Assembly: GCA_963783525.1 (NCBI GenBank)
Contig: CAWAOF010000033.1
Span: 309,624 to 373,623 of the forward strand
DNA from: an uncultured beta proteobacterium
GTDB taxonomy: Bacteria > Pseudomonadota > Gammaproteobacteria > Burkholderiales > Casimicrobiaceae
DNA length: 64,000 nt
Direction of reading: 5' to 3'
Made by a program: the position numbers and the translations under genes. This document shows, in pieces, positions 38,838-50,984 of this stretch (positions within the stretch are counted from its first letter, which is position 1; the number at the start of each line of letters is the position of its first letter). The notes under the pieces are model-generated. The model had not been told where the DNA came from. It was given only the letters and a program-made list of their open reading frames with translations, and ran no database searches.

Positions 38838-40562
38838 ATGAACGCAACTGCGATGCGAACGGTGGCCGAATGGATCGTCGAATTCATGGTCGCGCGCGGC
38901 GTCGACCGCGTGTACGGCCTGCAGGGCGGCCACATCCAGCCGATCTGGGATCACCTCGCGCAGCGCAAGGTGCGGATCGTCGACGTGCGCGACGAAGGCG
39001 CCGGCGTGCACATGGCGCACTGCCACGCGGTGCTGACCGGCCAGGTCGGGGTCGCGTTCGCGACCGCGGGACCCGGCGTCACCAATTGCGTGACGCGCGA
39101 TCGCCAATGCGCAGCTCGAGCGCGTGCCGGTGCTGTTGATCGGCGGCTGCGCGCCCGTGCCGCAGGACGACCTCGGCCCGCTGCAGGGCATCGATCACGT
39201 GTCGATCATGAAGCCGGTGACGCGCAGCGCGCGCACGCTGCGCACGGCCGACAACCTGCTGCGCGACCTCGACAAGGCGTGGTCGATCGCGATGGGCGAC
39301 GGCAACCCGCCGGGGCCCGTGTACGTCGAGATTCCGACCGACGTGCTGCGCGAACGCGTGCCGCCGAGGCTCGCGCTCGGCGAATACCTCGCGCCGAAGC
39401 CGCCGCGCCGCATTCCGCCCGGACCTGACGGAGGTCGCACGCGCGGCAGCGCTGATCGCCGCGGCGCGCCGGCCGCTCGTGATGACCGGCCGTGGCGCGC
39501 TGGGCGCGTCGGCGGAGCTCGTGCGCTTGCTCGATGCGAGCGGCGCACTCTATCTCGACACGCAGGAAAGCCGCGGTCTCGTGCCCGGCACGCACCCGTC
39601 GTTCGTCGGCGCGGTGCGCGCTCGCGCGATGAAGGAGGCCGACCTCGTGCGTCGCCGTCGGCCGCAAGCTCGACTACCAGATCGGCTACGGCTCGCCGGC
39701 GGTGTTCCCGAACGCGCGCTGGATCCGCATCGCCGACAACGCCGAAGAGCTGCGCGAGAATCGGCGCGGCGAAGTCGAGCTGTTTGCGCATCCCGGTCTC
39801 GCGCTCGCCGCGCTGACCGCGAGCGCTGTCCGGACGCGGGGCGCGGTCGACACCGACTGGACGCAGGGCCTGCGCGACGAGCACCTGCGCCGCTCGGCGA
39901 AGTACGCGGAGGAGCTCGCGCAACGCGCCGTCCGGCAAGGACGGCCACATGCATCCCAACCGGATCTTCGCGGCGCTGCGCGAGGTGCTCGACGCCGGAT
40001 GCGATCACGATCGCCGACGGCGGCGACATCCTGAGCTTCGCGCGCCTCGGACTCGAGGCGCCGCGCACGTATCTCGATCCGGGAACGTTCGGCTGCCTCG
40101 GCGTCGGCACGCCGTTCGGCGTCGCGGCCGCGCTGCTGCATCCCGGCCGGCAGGTCGTCGTCGTGAGCGGCGACGGCGCGTTCGGCATCAACGCGATGGA
40201 GATCGACAGCGCGAAGCGCCACGGCGCGAAGGTCGTGTTCATCATCGCCAACAACGCGGCGTGGAACATCGAGCGGCTCGACCAGCAGATGAACTACGGC
40301 GGCCGCGTCGTCGGCACCACGCTCGCGTGGAGCGATTACGCCGCGCATGGCGCGCGCGTTCGGCCTGCATGCCGAGCGCGTGACCGACCCGGAACGGCTC
40401 GGCGGCGCGCTGAAGGAGGCCTTCGCGAAGGCCCCGGCGCTCCTCGACGTCGTCGTGACGCAGGACGCGCTCAGCTCCGACGCCGGCAAGGGGCTGGGCT
40501 GGGTGCCCGACTATCAGGCGCTCACCGCATGGGACGACGCGGAGAAGGCGCGCCGGACGTGA
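38838..40562 (+). CDS. thiamine-pyrophosphate-dependent enzyme (oxalyl-CoA decarboxylase / 2-hydroxyacyl-CoA lyase / AHAS-large-subunit family), about 575 aa, at least 3 frameshifts
   Basis: [86 protein letters not shown].... C-terminal TPP-binding region ...[64 protein letters not shown].... Confidence 0.75.
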
Positions 40563-42123
40563 GCGGCGTCCTGAACCTCGGCGAGATCGTCGCGGCGCAC
40601 GCGCGGCTTGCAGCCGGACAAGATCGGCGGCGCGCGATTCGCGCCGTGCGCATCACGTTCGCGCAGTGGAACGCGCGCGCGTGCCGGCTCGCCAATGCGC
40701 TGCTCGGGCTCGGTCTGCAGGAAGGGCGATCGGGTCGCGCTGCTCGCGCACAACCGCGTCGAGTGGATGGAGATCTACGTCGCGCTGGCCAAGGCCGGGC
40801 TCGTCGCGGTGCCCGATCAACTTCCGCCTCGTCGGGCCCGAGATCCGGTACATCGCCGAGCACTGCGACGCGCGCGCGTTCATCGTCGAGGACGAGCTGG
40901 TCGATCGCGTCGAAGGCCTGCGCGGCGAGCTCGCGATCGCGGCCGGCGGATGGATCCGCCTCGGCGATTCGACGCGCGGCCGGGCTGGACCGGCTACGAG
41001 GCGCTGCTCGCCGCTGCCGCGGACGCCGAGCCCGACGCGCACGTGCAGCCGACCGACACGTGGGCGCTGATGTACACGTCGGGCACGACCGGCAAGCCCA
41101 AGGGCGCGATCCGCAACCACCAGGGCAGCGCGCTGATCTCGCTCGTGACGGCGCTCGACATGGGCCTCACGCGCGACGACACGGCGCTGCTGGTGATGCC
41201 GATGTGCCACGCGAACTCGCTCTACTTCGCGTTCACGTTCACCTACCTCGGCGCGACCTGCGTCGTCGACGACCGCAGGAGCTTCGATCCGGAGGCGCTC
41301 CTCGCGACGATGGCGTCGCAGCACGTCACGTTCACGTCGCTCGTCCCCACGCACTACATCATGACGCTGGGACTGCCGGAAAAGGTGAAGGCGGGTTACG
41401 ACGTGAGCCGCGTGCGCAAGCTGATGATCTCGTCGGCGCCGGCGCGCAAGGACACGAAGCTCGCGATCCTCGACTACTTCTCGAACTCGCAGCTCTACGA
41501 GCTCTACGGCTCGACCGAGGCCGGCTGGGTGACGCTGCTGCGCCCCGACGAGCAGATCGAGCATCTGGGCTCGGTCGGCCGCGAGTGGACCGGCTCGCGC
41601 GCCGGTGAGGATGCTCGATCCGCACGGCCGCGAGGTGCCCGACGGCGAGGTCGGCGAGCTCTTCTCGTGCACGCCGTACACGTTCGACGGCTACCTCAAC
41701 GATCCGGCGAAGACGGCCGAATCGCTGCGCGGCGGCTACTGCAGCGTCGGCGACATGGCGCGGCGCGACGAGCAGGGCTTCATCCATCTCGTCGACCGCA
41801 AGAGCAACATGATCATCAGCGGCGGCGAGAACGTCTATCCGAGCGAGATCGAGAACGTGCTCGGCCGCTATCCCGGCGTCAAGGACGTCGCCGTGGTCGG
41901 CGTGCCGCACGAAAAATGGGGCGAAGCGGTCCACGCGGTGATCGTGATGCACGACGGCGCGCACGCCAGCGAGACCGACGTGCTCGAGTGGTGCCGCGAC
42001 AAGATGGCCGGCTACAAGCGGCCGCGCGCGGTCACGTTCATGACCGAGGCCGAGATGCCGCGCACGGCCACCGGCAAGATCCAGCACCGCGTGCTGCGCG
42101 AGCGATTGGGCAGCCGGCGCTGA
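40559..42123 (+). CDS. AMP-dependent acyl-CoA synthetase/ligase, at least 2 frameshifts; GTG start overlapping the TPP-enzyme stop
   Basis: ...[21 protein letters not shown]... (AMP-binding motif I), ...[12 protein letters not shown]..., ...[42 protein letters not shown]...PRTATGKIQ. Confidence 0.8.
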
Positions 42124-42168
42124 CGCGCCCGCCGTCGCGCGCGCAGCAGCAGGCCGCGCCAAGAACAA

Positions 42169-42186
42169 GGGCGCCCGCAGGCGCCC
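42169..42186. terminator. GC hairpin GGGCGCC-cgca-GGCGCCC between convergent acyl-CoA synthetase and pnp; U-rich on the pnp side
   Basis: Read directly. The minus-strand transcript has the hairpin followed by UUGUUCUUGG. Confidence 0.4.
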
Positions 42187-42209
42187 CTCGTTCCCGGCTT
42201 TCGCCGCGC

Positions 42210-44336
42210 TCAGGCGGCCGTCGTCGGCTCTGACGGCGCGGGCGCCGCGACCTCTTCGGCCGCCGCCTTCATCGACAGGCGCAACCGCCCTTTGTCGTCG
42301 GCCTCCAGCACCTTGACGCGGACGACCTGCCCTTCCTTCACGTAGTCGGACACCTGGTTGACCCGTTCCTTCGCGATCTGCGAGATGTGCAGCAGGCCAT
42401 CCTTGCCGGGGAGCACCTGGACGATCGCGCCGAAATCGAGGAGCCGCAGCACGGTGCCCTCGTAGATCCGGCCGACCTCGACTTCCGCGGTGATGTCCTC
42501 GATCCGCTTGCGCGCGACGTTGCAGGCGTCGGCGTTGACCGAGGCGATCGTGATCGTGCCGTCGTCCTGGATGTCGATCGTCGTGCCCGTCTCCTCGGTC
42601 AGCGCACGGATCACCGCGCCACCCTTGCCGATCACGTCGCGGATCTTCTCGGGGTTGATCTTGAACGACATCATCCGCGGCGCGTGCTGCGAGACTTCGG
42701 CGCGGGCATGCGGCAGCGCTTCCTGCATCAGGTGCAGGATGTGCATCCGCCCCTCGCGGGCCTGCGACAGCGCCACCGCCATGATCTCCTTGGTGATACC
42801 CTGGATCTTGATGTCCATCTGCAGCGCCGTGATCCCGCGGTCGGTGCCGGCAACCTTGAAGTCCATGTCGCCGAGGTGATCCTCGTCGCCGAGGATGTCG
42901 GTGAGCACGGCGAAGCGGTTGCCTTCCTTGATGAGACCCATCGCGATGCCGGCGACGTGCGCCTTGGTCGGGACGCCGGCGTCCATCAGCGCGAGGCTGC
43001 CGCCGCAGACGGAGGCCATCGACGAGCTGCCGTTCGATTCGGTGATCTCCGACACGACCCGCATCGAGTACGCGAATTCCTCCGCCGTGGGCAGCACCGC
43101 CAGGAGAGAGCGCTTGGCGAGGCGGCCATGGCCGATCTCGCGCCGCTTCGGCGTGCCGACGCGGCCGGTCTCGCCGGTCGCGTAAGGCGGCATGTTGTAG
43201 TGGAGCATGAAGCGGTCCGTGTACTCGCCCATCAACGCGTCGATCCGCTGCTCGTCGCGGGCCGTGCCGAGCGTCGCCACGACGATCGCCTGCGTTTCGC
43301 CGCGCGTGAACAGCGCCGAGCCGTGCGTGCGCGGCAGGACACCGGTTCGGATCGAGATCGGCCGCACCGTCCGGGTGTCACGCCCGTCGATCCGCGGCTC
43401 GCCCGACAGGATCTGATTGCGGACGATCTTCGCCTCGAGCCCGAACACGAGATTGTTGACCTCGTTCGCGTAGCTCGGCGGCGAATCCGCCGGAATGCAC
43501 TCGGCGGCGACGTTGGCGTAGATGTCCTTCAACCGCTGCTGGCGGGCCTGCTTCGAGCGCAGCTGGTAGGCCTCGCGCAGCGGTACCTCGGCGGCCGCGG
43601 TCACCTTGGCGATCATCGCCTCGTCCTTCGCCGCCGGCTGCCAGTCCCACAGCGGCTTGCCGCCCGCCTCGACCAGCTCGTGAATCATGTTGATCGCCGC
43701 CTGCTGCTGCGCATGCCCGAAGACGACCGCGCCCAGCATGACCTCTTCCGATAATTCGTTGGCTTCCGATTCCACCATCAGCACCGCCGCCTCGGTACCG
43801 GCGACGACCAGATTCAAAGCCGAGCTCGCGAGCTCGGTCTTGGTCGGATTCAGCACGTACTGGCCATCGACGTAGCCGACGCGGGCGGCCCCGATCGGTC
43901 CGTTGAACGGGACGCCGGCCAGCATCAGCGCCGCGGACGCGCCGATCATCGCCGGGATGTCGGGGTCGATCTCCGGATCGACCGACATGACCGTCGCGAT
44001 CACCTGCACCTCATTGTAGAAACCGTCCGGAAAGAGCGGACGGATCGGGCGGTCGATGAGCCGCGAGGTCAGCGTCTCCTTCTCCGAAGGCCGGCCTTCG
44101 CGCTTGAAGAAGCCGCCGGGGATCTTGCCCGCGGCATAGGTCTTTTCCTGATAGTCGACCGTCAGCGGGAAGAAGTCCTGACCGGCCTTGGCGGTGGTGC
44201 GCGCGACTGCGGTCACCAGCACGACCGTGTCGTCGAGGCTCGCAAGCACGGCGCCACCCGCCTGGCGGGCAATCTCGCCGGTTTCGAGCGTCAGGGTATG
44301 GCGGCCATAGGGTATCGATTTCTTGATGGGATTCAC
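42210..44336 (-). CDS. pnp: polyribonucleotide nucleotidyltransferase (PNPase)
   Basis: 708 aa, intact. RNase PH domains, KH and S1 (...[34 protein letters not shown]...). GTG start with GAGGA RBS. Confidence 0.95.
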   Translation of the reverse strand: MNPIKKSIPYGRHTLTLETGEIARQAGGAVLASLDDTVVLVTAVARTTAKAGQDFFPLTVDYQEKTYAAGKIPGGFFKREGRPSEKETLTSRLIDRPIRPLFPDGFYNEVQVIATVMSVDPEIDPDIPAMIGASAALMLAGVPFNGPIGAARVGYVDGQYVLNPTKTELASSALNLVVAGTEAAVLMVESEANELSEEVMLGAVVFGHAQQQAAINMIHELVEAGGKPLWDWQPAAKDEAMIAKVTAAAEVPLREAYQLRSKQARQQRLKDIYANVAAECIPADSPPSYANEVNNLVFGLEAKIVRNQILSGEPRIDGRDTRTVRPISIRTGVLPRTHGSALFTRGETQAIVVATLGTARDEQRIDALMGEYTDRFMLHYNMPPYATGETGRVGTPKRREIGHGRLAKRSLLAVLPTAEEFAYSMRVVSEITESNGSSSMASVCGGSLALMDAGVPTKAHVAGIAMGLIKEGNRFAVLTDILGDEDHLGDMDFKVAGTDRGITALQMDIKIQGITKEIMAVALSQAREGRMHILHLMQEALPHARAEVSQHAPRMMSFKINPEKIRDVIGKGGAVIRALTEETGTTIDIQDDGTITIASVNADACNVARKRIEDITAEVEVGRIYEGTVLRLLDFGAIVQVLPGKDGLLHISQIAKERVNQVSDYVKEGQVVRVKVLEADDKGRLRLSMKAAAEEVAAPAPSEPTTAA

Positions 44337-44354
44337 GTTGTCCTCAGTTCTGCG

Positions 44355-44390
44355 AAAAGACGATGGCCGCGCCGTGCTGGCGCGGCCATC
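44355..44390 (-). terminator. hairpin (12-bp stem GAUGGCCGCGCC, 6-nt loop) plus UCUUUUC tract 25 nt upstream of pnp start; rpsO terminator/pnp leader attenuator
   Basis: Inverted repeat gatggccgcgcc/ggcgcggccatc at 44362-44390, followed on the minus-strand transcript by GUCUUUUCGC. Confidence 0.5.
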
Positions 44391-44516
44391 GTCGATGTTC
44401 TCAAGCGGGTTGCCGCGATGGCCCCGGATCCTTCCGCGGTTCCACGTGACGCATCATTCGTCCGCTTGCGCGACCGGAGGGGCGTCGGGGGAGTCGACTC
44501 GAAGGGCCCTGGCGCG

Positions 44517-44786
44517 CTACTTGCGCAACCCGAGCTTCTCGATCAGGGTTCGGTACGAATCCGCGTTGCGCGACTTGAGATAGTCGAGCAGCTTGCGGCG
44601 ACGCGACACCATCCGCAGCAACCCGCGGCGCGAGTGGTGGTCCTTCAGGTTGGCCTTGAAATGGTCGTTGAGGCCGTTGATGCGGGCGGTGAGCAGCGCG
44701 ACCTGCACTTCGGGCGAGCCCGTGTCACCCTTGATTCGCTGATGGTCGGCGATGACCTTCGCCTTTTCCTGCACGGTAACTGCCAT
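44517..44786 (-). CDS. rpsO: 30S ribosomal protein S15
   Basis: 89 aa [57 protein letters not shown].... Confidence 0.95.
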   Translation of the reverse strand: MAVTVQEKAKVIADHQRIKGDTGSPEVQVALLTARINGLNDHFKANLKDHHSRRGLLRMVSRRRKLLDYLKSRNADSYRTLIEKLGLRK

Positions 44787-44972
44787 TGCGGTGGTCCTTC
44801 TCTCTCTCGTAGATGTGCGATCTTGCGTCGCCGGTTGCGGGCTGCGGTACCCGCTGCGCTGGCGATGCCGAGCCCGGCAAAGTCGTAAATTGTGCCTGAA
44901 AAATGCTTAGGATTCAAGCGGTAATCTGCCGCGGTCGGCGCTGCGTTCGACGCCTGACGCGGCCGCGCCGAC

Positions 44973-45887
44973 TCAGACATCGGTGCGCGACAACCGCAGC
45001 GCGCGCAGCGCTCCGCCGGTTGACTCGACCAGACCCAGGAAGCGCCCCTGGGGACCGTAACAGCGGTAGTGTCCGGCCGCGCCCGGGGGCGCAGCGCCGA
45101 CACGCCCCTCGACCAGTGCGCGCGCGGCCGGCGCATCGACGTCGAGCCGCGCGAGGCCGGCGAGGAGCGCGTCCGCGGGCAGGAGCAGTGCGTCGCGCGC
45201 GTCCGCCTCCAGGCCTTCCAGCGCCTCGAGGGTCGCGGCGCCGGCGATGGCGAAGGGCCCGCTCGCGGTCCGGCGCAGCGCGGCAAGATGCGCGCAGCTG
45301 CCGACCGCCGCCGCCAGGTCCTCGGCGAGCGCGCGGATATAGGTGCCCTTCCCGCACGCGACGGAGAGCACGGCGAGCGGCGGCGTCCAGTCGAGCAGTT
45401 CGATCGCCTCGATCACAACCGTCCGCGGCGCGCGCGGAATCGCGACACCGGCACGCGCGTACTCGTAGTAGCACCGCCCCTGATACTTGAGCGCCGAGTG
45501 CATGGGCGGTGTCTGGGCGATCGCGCCGACGAAGCGCGGGAGCGTCGCCTCCAGCTCGTCGCGCGTGAACGCGGTGGGAGAGGTCCGGGTCGGTTCGCCT
45601 TCGGCATCGCCGGTCGTTGTCGCGACACCGAAGCGCACGGTCGCGACATAGGCCTTGCGCGCCTCGAGCAGCACCTGGGCGAACTTCGTCGCCTCGCCGA
45701 AGCAGAGCGGCAGCAGCCCGGTCGCCAGCGGATCGAGGGTTCCCGTGTGGCCTGCCTTTTCGGCGGCATAGAGCCTCTTCGCGCGCTGCAGCGCCGCGTT
45801 CGACGACAGGCCGGCTGGCTTGTCGAGCAGCAGGACGCCATCGACCCGCCGGCGCGGGGGCCGGGAGGACGGCGGGCGCGCCGGCAT
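44973..45887 (-). CDS. truB: tRNA pseudouridine(55) synthase
   Basis: ...VDGVLLLDKPAGLSSNAALQRAKRLYAAEKAGHTGTLDPLATGLLPLCFGEATK.... Confidence 0.9.
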   Translation of the reverse strand: MPARPPSSRPPRRRVDGVLLLDKPAGLSSNAALQRAKRLYAAEKAGHTGTLDPLATGLLPLCFGEATKFAQVLLEARKAYVATVRFGVATTTGDAEGEPTRTSPTAFTRDELEATLPRFVGAIAQTPPMHSALKYQGRCYYEYARAGVAIPRAPRTVVIEAIELLDWTPPLAVLSVACGKGTYIRALAEDLAAAVGSCAHLAALRRTASGPFAIAGAATLEALEGLEADARDALLLPADALLAGLARLDVDAPAARALVEGRVGAAPPGAAGHYRCYGPQGRFLGLVESTGGALRALRLSRTDV

Positions 45888-46255
45888 CAGGGATTCGGCT
45901 TGTGGTCGCTGGCGACCGCTTCGTCGATCAGCTGCGACAGGCGCATGCCGGCCTCGATCGAATCGTCGTACGCGAAGTGGAGCTGCGGTACCGAGTAGAG
46001 CTGCATCCGGTGCGAAAGCTCGGTGCGCAGGAAGCCGGCAGTGTGCTGCAGCGCTCGCACCGCCTCGTCGGCGTGCTCGCGGCCGGCCAGGTGGGTGACG
46101 AAGATCTTGGCGTGCGACAGATCCGCGGAGACGTCGACGCCGGTGATCGTCACCCGCCCGACGCGCGGATCCTTCACGTTGTCGCGCAGCAGCTCCGCCA
46201 GCTCACGCTGGATCTGCTCCCCGACGCGCTGCGCGCGCTGCGAATGCCGCTTCAC
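45887..46255 (-). CDS. rbfA: ribosome-binding factor A
   Basis: ...[53 protein letters not shown].... The ORF track extends to 46342. The likely start (GTG) near 46255 abuts the infB stop. Confidence 0.8.
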   Translation of the reverse strand: MKRHSQRAQRVGEQIQRELAELLRDNVKDPRVGRVTITGVDVSADLSHAKIFVTHLAGREHADEAVRALQHTAGFLRTELSHRMQLYSVPQLHFAYDDSIEAGMRLSQLIDEAVASDHKPNP

Positions 46256-48828
46256 AGGGTTCGGGAGACTTCGACGATCTCGTAAACCTCGAGCTGGTCG
46301 CCCTTCTGCACATCGTTGTAGTTCTTGAGCGACAGCCCGCATTCGAAGCCGCCCTTGACCTCGCGCACGTCGTCCTTGAAGCGCTTCAGCGAGTCGAGCT
46401 CCCCGTCGTGGATCACGACGTTGTCGCGCAGGAGGCGCACGCGCGCGCCGCGCTTCACGACGCCGTCCAGCACGTAGCAGCCCGCCACGGTGCCCACCTT
46501 CGAGATCTTGTACACCTCGCGCACCTCGACCAGGCCGATCTGGCTCTCCTTCTTTTCCGGCGTCAGCATCCCGGAGAGCGCCGCCTTCACCTCGTCGACC
46601 GCGTCGTAGATGATGTTGTAGTAGCGGATGTCGACACCGCTGTGCTCGGCGAGCTTGCGCGCAGCGGCGTCGGCCCGCACGTTGAAGCCGACGATCACGG
46701 CCTTCGACGCGAGCGCGAGATTGACGTCGGATTCGGTGATGCCGCCGACCGCCGCGTGGACGATATTGACCTTGACTTCGCCCGTCGAGAGCTTGGTCAG
46801 CGCCTGCGTCAGCGCCTCGTAGCTCCCCTGGACGTCGGCCTTGACGATTAGCGTGAGCGACTTGATGGCGTCCTCGGCCATCTGATCGAACATGTTCTCG
46901 AGCTTGGCGGCCTGCTGCTTGGCGAGCTTCACGTCGCGGAACTTGCCCTGGCGGAACAGCGCGATCTCGCGCGCCTTGCGCTCGTCGCCCAGCACCATGA
47001 CGTCCTCGCCGGCGATCGGCACGTCGGAGAGTCCCTGGATCTCGACCGGAATCGCCGGCCCAGCCGCCGTCACGCTCTTGCCGGTCTCGTCGGTCATTGC
47101 GCGCACGCGTCCGAAAACCGCACCGGCGAGCACGATGTCGCCCCGCTTCAGCGTTCCCGAGTGCACGAGGACGGTGGCCACCGGGCCCTTGCCCTTGTCC
47201 AGTCGCGATTCGATCACGATGCCGCGCGCCGGCGCGTTCTTCGGCGCCTTGAGCTCGAGCACTTCCGCCTGCAGCAGGATGGCGTCGAGCAGCTCGTCGA
47301 TGCCCGCGCCCGTCTTGGCGGAAACCTGGATGAACTGCGTCTCGCCGCCGTATTCCTCGGGGATCACGCTTTCGGCGACGAGCTCCTGCTTGACTCGCTC
47401 GAGGTTCGCTTCCGGCTTGTCGATCTTGTTGATCGCGACGACGAGCGGCACGTTGCCGGCCTTCGCGTGCGCAATCGCCTCCTTCGTCTGCGGCATCACA
47501 CCGTCGTCGGCGGCGACGACGAGAATGACGATGTCGGTCACCTTCGCGCCGCGCGCGCGCATCGCCGTGAACGCCTCGTGACCCGGCGTGTCCAGGAAGG
47601 TGATCACGCCCTTCTTGGTCTGGACGTGATAGGCGCCGATGTGCTGCGTAATCCCGCCCGCCTCGCCGCTCGCCACGCGCGTGCGACGGATGGTGTCGAG
47701 CAGCGACGTCTTGCCGTGGTCGACGTGGCCCATCACGGTGACGACCGGCGGTCGTGGCTCCGCCTCGCCGGTCGCCGCCTCGGATTCCGCGAGCAGCGCG
47801 TCGGGGTCGTCCAGTTTCGCGGCTTTCGCCTTGTGGCCCATTTCCTCGACCAGGATGATTGCGGTTTCCTGGTCGAGCACCTGGTTGATCGTGACCATCT
47901 GGCCCAGCTTCATCAGCGCCTTGATCACCTCGGCCGCCTTGACCGAGAGCTTGCGCGCGAGATCGGCAACGGTGATCGTCTCGGGAATGCTGACGTCGCG
48001 GATGATCGGTCCCGCCGCCAGCGGCGCGGCGCCTTCGCCGCCTTCCTCGTCGTGCCGGCGCGGGCCGACCTTCGGCTGCCGCCAGCCGGCCGCGGTCGCA
48101 CCACCGGTCACGTCGCCGCGCAGCTTCAACGCCCGTCGGCGCGCCGCCTCCTCCTGGAACGCGGTTCCGCTCTTCTTGACCGGCTTCGCACGCTCGCCCG
48201 GCTTGGCCGCGGGACGATGCAGCGTGCCTTCGGTCGGCGCCTTCGCCGCTGCCGCTTTGGCCGCCTTCTCCGCTTCGGCCGCCTTGGCGGCTTCCGCCGC
48301 GGCAGTCTCGGCGGCCGCCTTCGCCGCTGCTTCCTCGGCCTCGCGCTCCTTCTTGGTCTTGCGCTTGACCACCTGTTCCTGCTTCTTCTGCACCTCTTCC
48401 TGCTGGCGCGCGATCAGCTCGTGGGCCTTGCGCTCCTCCGCTTCGCGCGCAGCGAGCTCCTCGGCGCTGATGACCGGGGCCGCGACCGGCTTCGGCGCTT
48501 CCTCGACCACGGGCGCCGCCTCGGTCTCGTCGCGCTTGACGAACACGCGCTTCTTGCGCACCTCGACCTGGATCGTCCGCGCCTTGCCGGTGGAGCCGGA
48601 CGCCTTGATCTCGGTCGTCTGCTTGCGCGTCAGCGTGATCTTCTTCTTCGGCTCGCCCGCCGCACCGTGCTGCTTCTGCAGGTACTCGAGCAGCTTGGTC
48701 TTGTCCTGCTCCGAGAGATTGTCACCTTCGCGCTTGCCGGCGACGCCCGCCTTGGCGAGCTGCTCGAGCAGCGCCCCCGGAGGCAGCTTGAGGTCCGTCG
48801 CGAATTGTTCGATCGTCGTCTGCGCCAT
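46252..48828 (-). CDS. infB: translation initiation factor IF-2
   Basis: 858 aa. Ala/Lys/Glu-rich N-terminal region. G domain ...[17 protein letters not shown]...DTPGHEAF...NKIDK.... Confidence 0.95.
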   Translation of the reverse strand: MAQTTIEQFATDLKLPPGALLEQLAKAGVAGKREGDNLSEQDKTKLLEYLQKQHGAAGEPKKKITLTRKQTTEIKASGSTGKARTIQVEVRKKRVFVKRDETEAAPVVEEAPKPVAAPVISAEELAAREAEERKAHELIARQQEEVQKKQEQVVKRKTKKEREAEEAAAKAAAETAAAEAAKAAEAEKAAKAAAAKAPTEGTLHRPAAKPGERAKPVKKSGTAFQEEAARRRALKLRGDVTGGATAAGWRQPKVGPRRHDEEGGEGAAPLAAGPIIRDVSIPETITVADLARKLSVKAAEVIKALMKLGQMVTINQVLDQETAIILVEEMGHKAKAAKLDDPDALLAESEAATGEAEPRPPVVTVMGHVDHGKTSLLDTIRRTRVASGEAGGITQHIGAYHVQTKKGVITFLDTPGHEAFTAMRARGAKVTDIVILVVAADDGVMPQTKEAIAHAKAGNVPLVVAINKIDKPEANLERVKQELVAESVIPEEYGGETQFIQVSAKTGAGIDELLDAILLQAEVLELKAPKNAPARGIVIESRLDKGKGPVATVLVHSGTLKRGDIVLAGAVFGRVRAMTDETGKSVTAAGPAIPVEIQGLSDVPIAGEDVMVLGDERKAREIALFRQGKFRDVKLAKQQAAKLENMFDQMAEDAIKSLTLIVKADVQGSYEALTQALTKLSTGEVKVNIVHAAVGGITESDVNLALASKAVIVGFNVRADAAARKLAEHSGVDIRYYNIIYDAVDEVKAALSGMLTPEKKESQIGLVEVREVYKISKVGTVAGCYVLDGVVKRGARVRLLRDNVVIHDGELDSLKRFKDDVREVKGGFECGLSLKNYNDVQKGDQLEVYEIVEVSRTL

Positions 48829-48867
48829 GTGCTTCTCCTGCGTGCCTGTTGCGGCCTTGCGTGATGC

Positions 48868-50394
48868 TCAGTGCTGCGTCGGCGCCGCGGCCGCCGCCAT
48901 CGGCTCCACGCCCGCCGGTGCCTCGTCGAACCAGTGCGCGCGCGCCTTCATGATCAGGGCCTGCGCACGCTCGGGGGCTATGCCGGTCAGTTCGACGAGC
49001 TCGTCGCCGGCGAGGTCGGCGAGCGCGTCGCGCGTGGTGATGCCGTGCGCCGCGAGCGCGCTCGCGATCTCGGTGTCCATCCCCTCGAGATTGAGCAACG
49101 CCTCGTCGACATTCTCGACACTCTCCTCGCGCACGATCGCGTCGGTGAGCAGCGCGTTGCGCGCGCGGCTGCGCAGCTCGTTCACAGTCTCCTCGTCGAA
49201 CGCCTCGATCTCGAGCATCTCGTTGATCGGAACGTAGGCGACCTCCTCGAGCGAAGTGAAGCCCTCGGCGATGAGGATGTCGGCGACCTCTTCGTCGACG
49301 TCGATCTTGTCCATGAACAGCTGGCGCAGCCGCTGCCCCTCTTCCTCGTGCTTCTTCTGCGAATCCTCGACACTCATCAGGTTGAGCTCCCATCCGGTGA
49401 GCTCGGAGGCGAGCCTGACGTTCTGGCCGAGCCGGCCGATCGCGATCGCGAGGTTCTCCTCGTCGACGACGACATCCATGCTGTGCTTCTCCTCGTCGAC
49501 CACGATCGACGAGATCTCGGCGGGCGCCAAGGCGTTGATGACGAACTTGGCCGGGTCTTCCGAGTAGAGGATGATGTCGACGCGCTCGCCGGCGAGCTCG
49601 TTGGTCACGGCGGTCACGCGCGAGCCGCGCATGCCGATGCAGGTGCCCTGCGGGTCGAGGCGCGGGTCGTTCGACTTGACCGCGATCTTCGCCCGGATGC
49701 CGGGATCGCGCGCCGCGGCCTTGATCTCGATCAGCCCCTCCTCGATCTCGGGGACCTCGAGCTCGAACAGCCGCATCAGGAACTCCGGCGCGATCCGCGA
49801 CAGGATGAGCTGCGGTCCCTTCGCCGTGCGGTCGATCTTGGTCACGTACGCGCGGATCCGGTCGCCCACCCGCAGCATTTCCTTCGGGATCAGCTGGTCG
49901 CGCGGGACGACGCCCTCGATGCGGCCCGATTCGACGATCGCGTTGCCGCGCTCGATGCGCTTGACGGTTCCCGTCAGGAGGTTGTCCTCGCGGTCGAGGA
50001 AATCATTCAGGATCTGCTCGCGTTCGGCATCGCGGATCTTCTGCAGGATCACCTGCTTCGCCGCCTGCGCGCCGATGCGCCCGAACTCGACGGGTTCGAG
50101 CGGCTCCTCGACGACATCGCCCAGGGCCAGCGCCGGATCGCGCTGGGCGGCGTCGGTGATCGCGATCTGGTAGGCGGGCTCCTCGTGCTCTTCGTCGGGC
50201 ACGACGGTCCAGCGCCGGAACGACTCGTAATCGCCGGTCTCGCGGTCGATCGACACCCGGGCGTCGATCTCGTCGACGAAGCGCTTCTTCGTGGCGGAGG
50301 CGAGCGCCGACTCCAGCGCCGTGAACACGATGTCCTTCGGCACGTTCTTCTCGCGCGCAAGCGCGTCAACCAACAGCAGCAGTTCGCGATTCAT
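48868..50394 (-). CDS. nusA: transcription termination/antitermination factor NusA
   Basis: True start [18 protein letters not shown] at 50394 (ORF track extended to 50886). S1 and KH domains and C-terminal acidic repeats. Confidence 0.9.
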   Translation of the reverse strand: MNRELLLLVDALAREKNVPKDIVFTALESALASATKKRFVDEIDARVSIDRETGDYESFRRWTVVPDEEHEEPAYQIAITDAAQRDPALALGDVVEEPLEPVEFGRIGAQAAKQVILQKIRDAEREQILNDFLDREDNLLTGTVKRIERGNAIVESGRIEGVVPRDQLIPKEMLRVGDRIRAYVTKIDRTAKGPQLILSRIAPEFLMRLFELEVPEIEEGLIEIKAAARDPGIRAKIAVKSNDPRLDPQGTCIGMRGSRVTAVTNELAGERVDIILYSEDPAKFVINALAPAEISSIVVDEEKHSMDVVVDEENLAIAIGRLGQNVRLASELTGWELNLMSVEDSQKKHEEEGQRLRQLFMDKIDVDEEVADILIAEGFTSLEEVAYVPINEMLEIEAFDEETVNELRSRARNALLTDAIVREESVENVDEALLNLEGMDTEIASALAAHGITTRDALADLAGDELVELTGIAPERAQALIMKARAHWFDEAPAGVEPMAAAAAPTQH

Positions 50395-50837
50395 TTCGCC
50401 TTTCTCCACTCGATCTTCGGTACGAGCCGCGCCCGATCGATGTCGGCGAGCGGTATCGTCCTCATTCCCTGCGTGGTCTCGACCAGCACAGCGCCGTCCG
50501 CGAGACCATGCAGGATGCCTTTCACGCGCCGGGCGCTGTCCACCGGATTGGCGAGCCGGAACTCGGCCTCGGCCCCCGTGAACCGGGCGAAGTCCTCCGA
50601 CTTGCGCAGCGGCCGGTCCAGCCCCGGCGACGACACCTCGAGCCGCTCGAAGTCGACATTGGCGACGGCGAACAACCGCGTCAGGTGGCGGCTCACGCGC
50701 GCGCAGTCCTCGACGTCCACGCCCTTCGGCTTGTCGATGAACACGCGCACGTACCGGCCCTTGGGCGAGGTCTCCCAATCGACCAGCTCGTACCCCAGCG
50801 GGGGCAGCGTCTTTTCCAGCAATTCGCCGAGATTCAT
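50391..50837 (-). CDS. rimP: ribosome maturation factor RimP
   Basis: 148 aa [52 protein letters not shown].... 4-nt overlap with nusA. Confidence 0.85.
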   Translation of the reverse strand: MNLGELLEKTLPPLGYELVDWETSPKGRYVRVFIDKPKGVDVEDCARVSRHLTRLFAVANVDFERLEVSSPGLDRPLRKSEDFARFTGAEAEFRLANPVDSARRVKGILHGLADGAVLVETTQGMRTIPLADIDRARLVPKIEWRKAK

Positions 50838-50858
50838 CGCCCTGCAAACGGTTTGGGG

Positions 50859-50890
50859 AAAAAAAAATGGGCTGTGCCCAGCCCATTTCT
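50859..50890 (-). terminator. strong intrinsic terminator/attenuator in the rimP-nusA-infB leader: stem AUGGGCUG/CAGCCCAU followed by U9
   Basis: Plus strand aaaaaaaaaTGGGCTGtgccCAGCCCATTTct. On the minus-strand transcript this is a GC stem followed by nine U residues, 20 nt upstream of the rimP ATG. Confidence 0.55.
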
Positions 50891-50984
50891 CTTGCTTATC
50901 GCACGTAATAATAGCAGAAAACCTCGGGAAAATGAAGGGGATCCGCCACCGCCGCCCGACCCCGTCCGGCCCCACGCCGTCATA

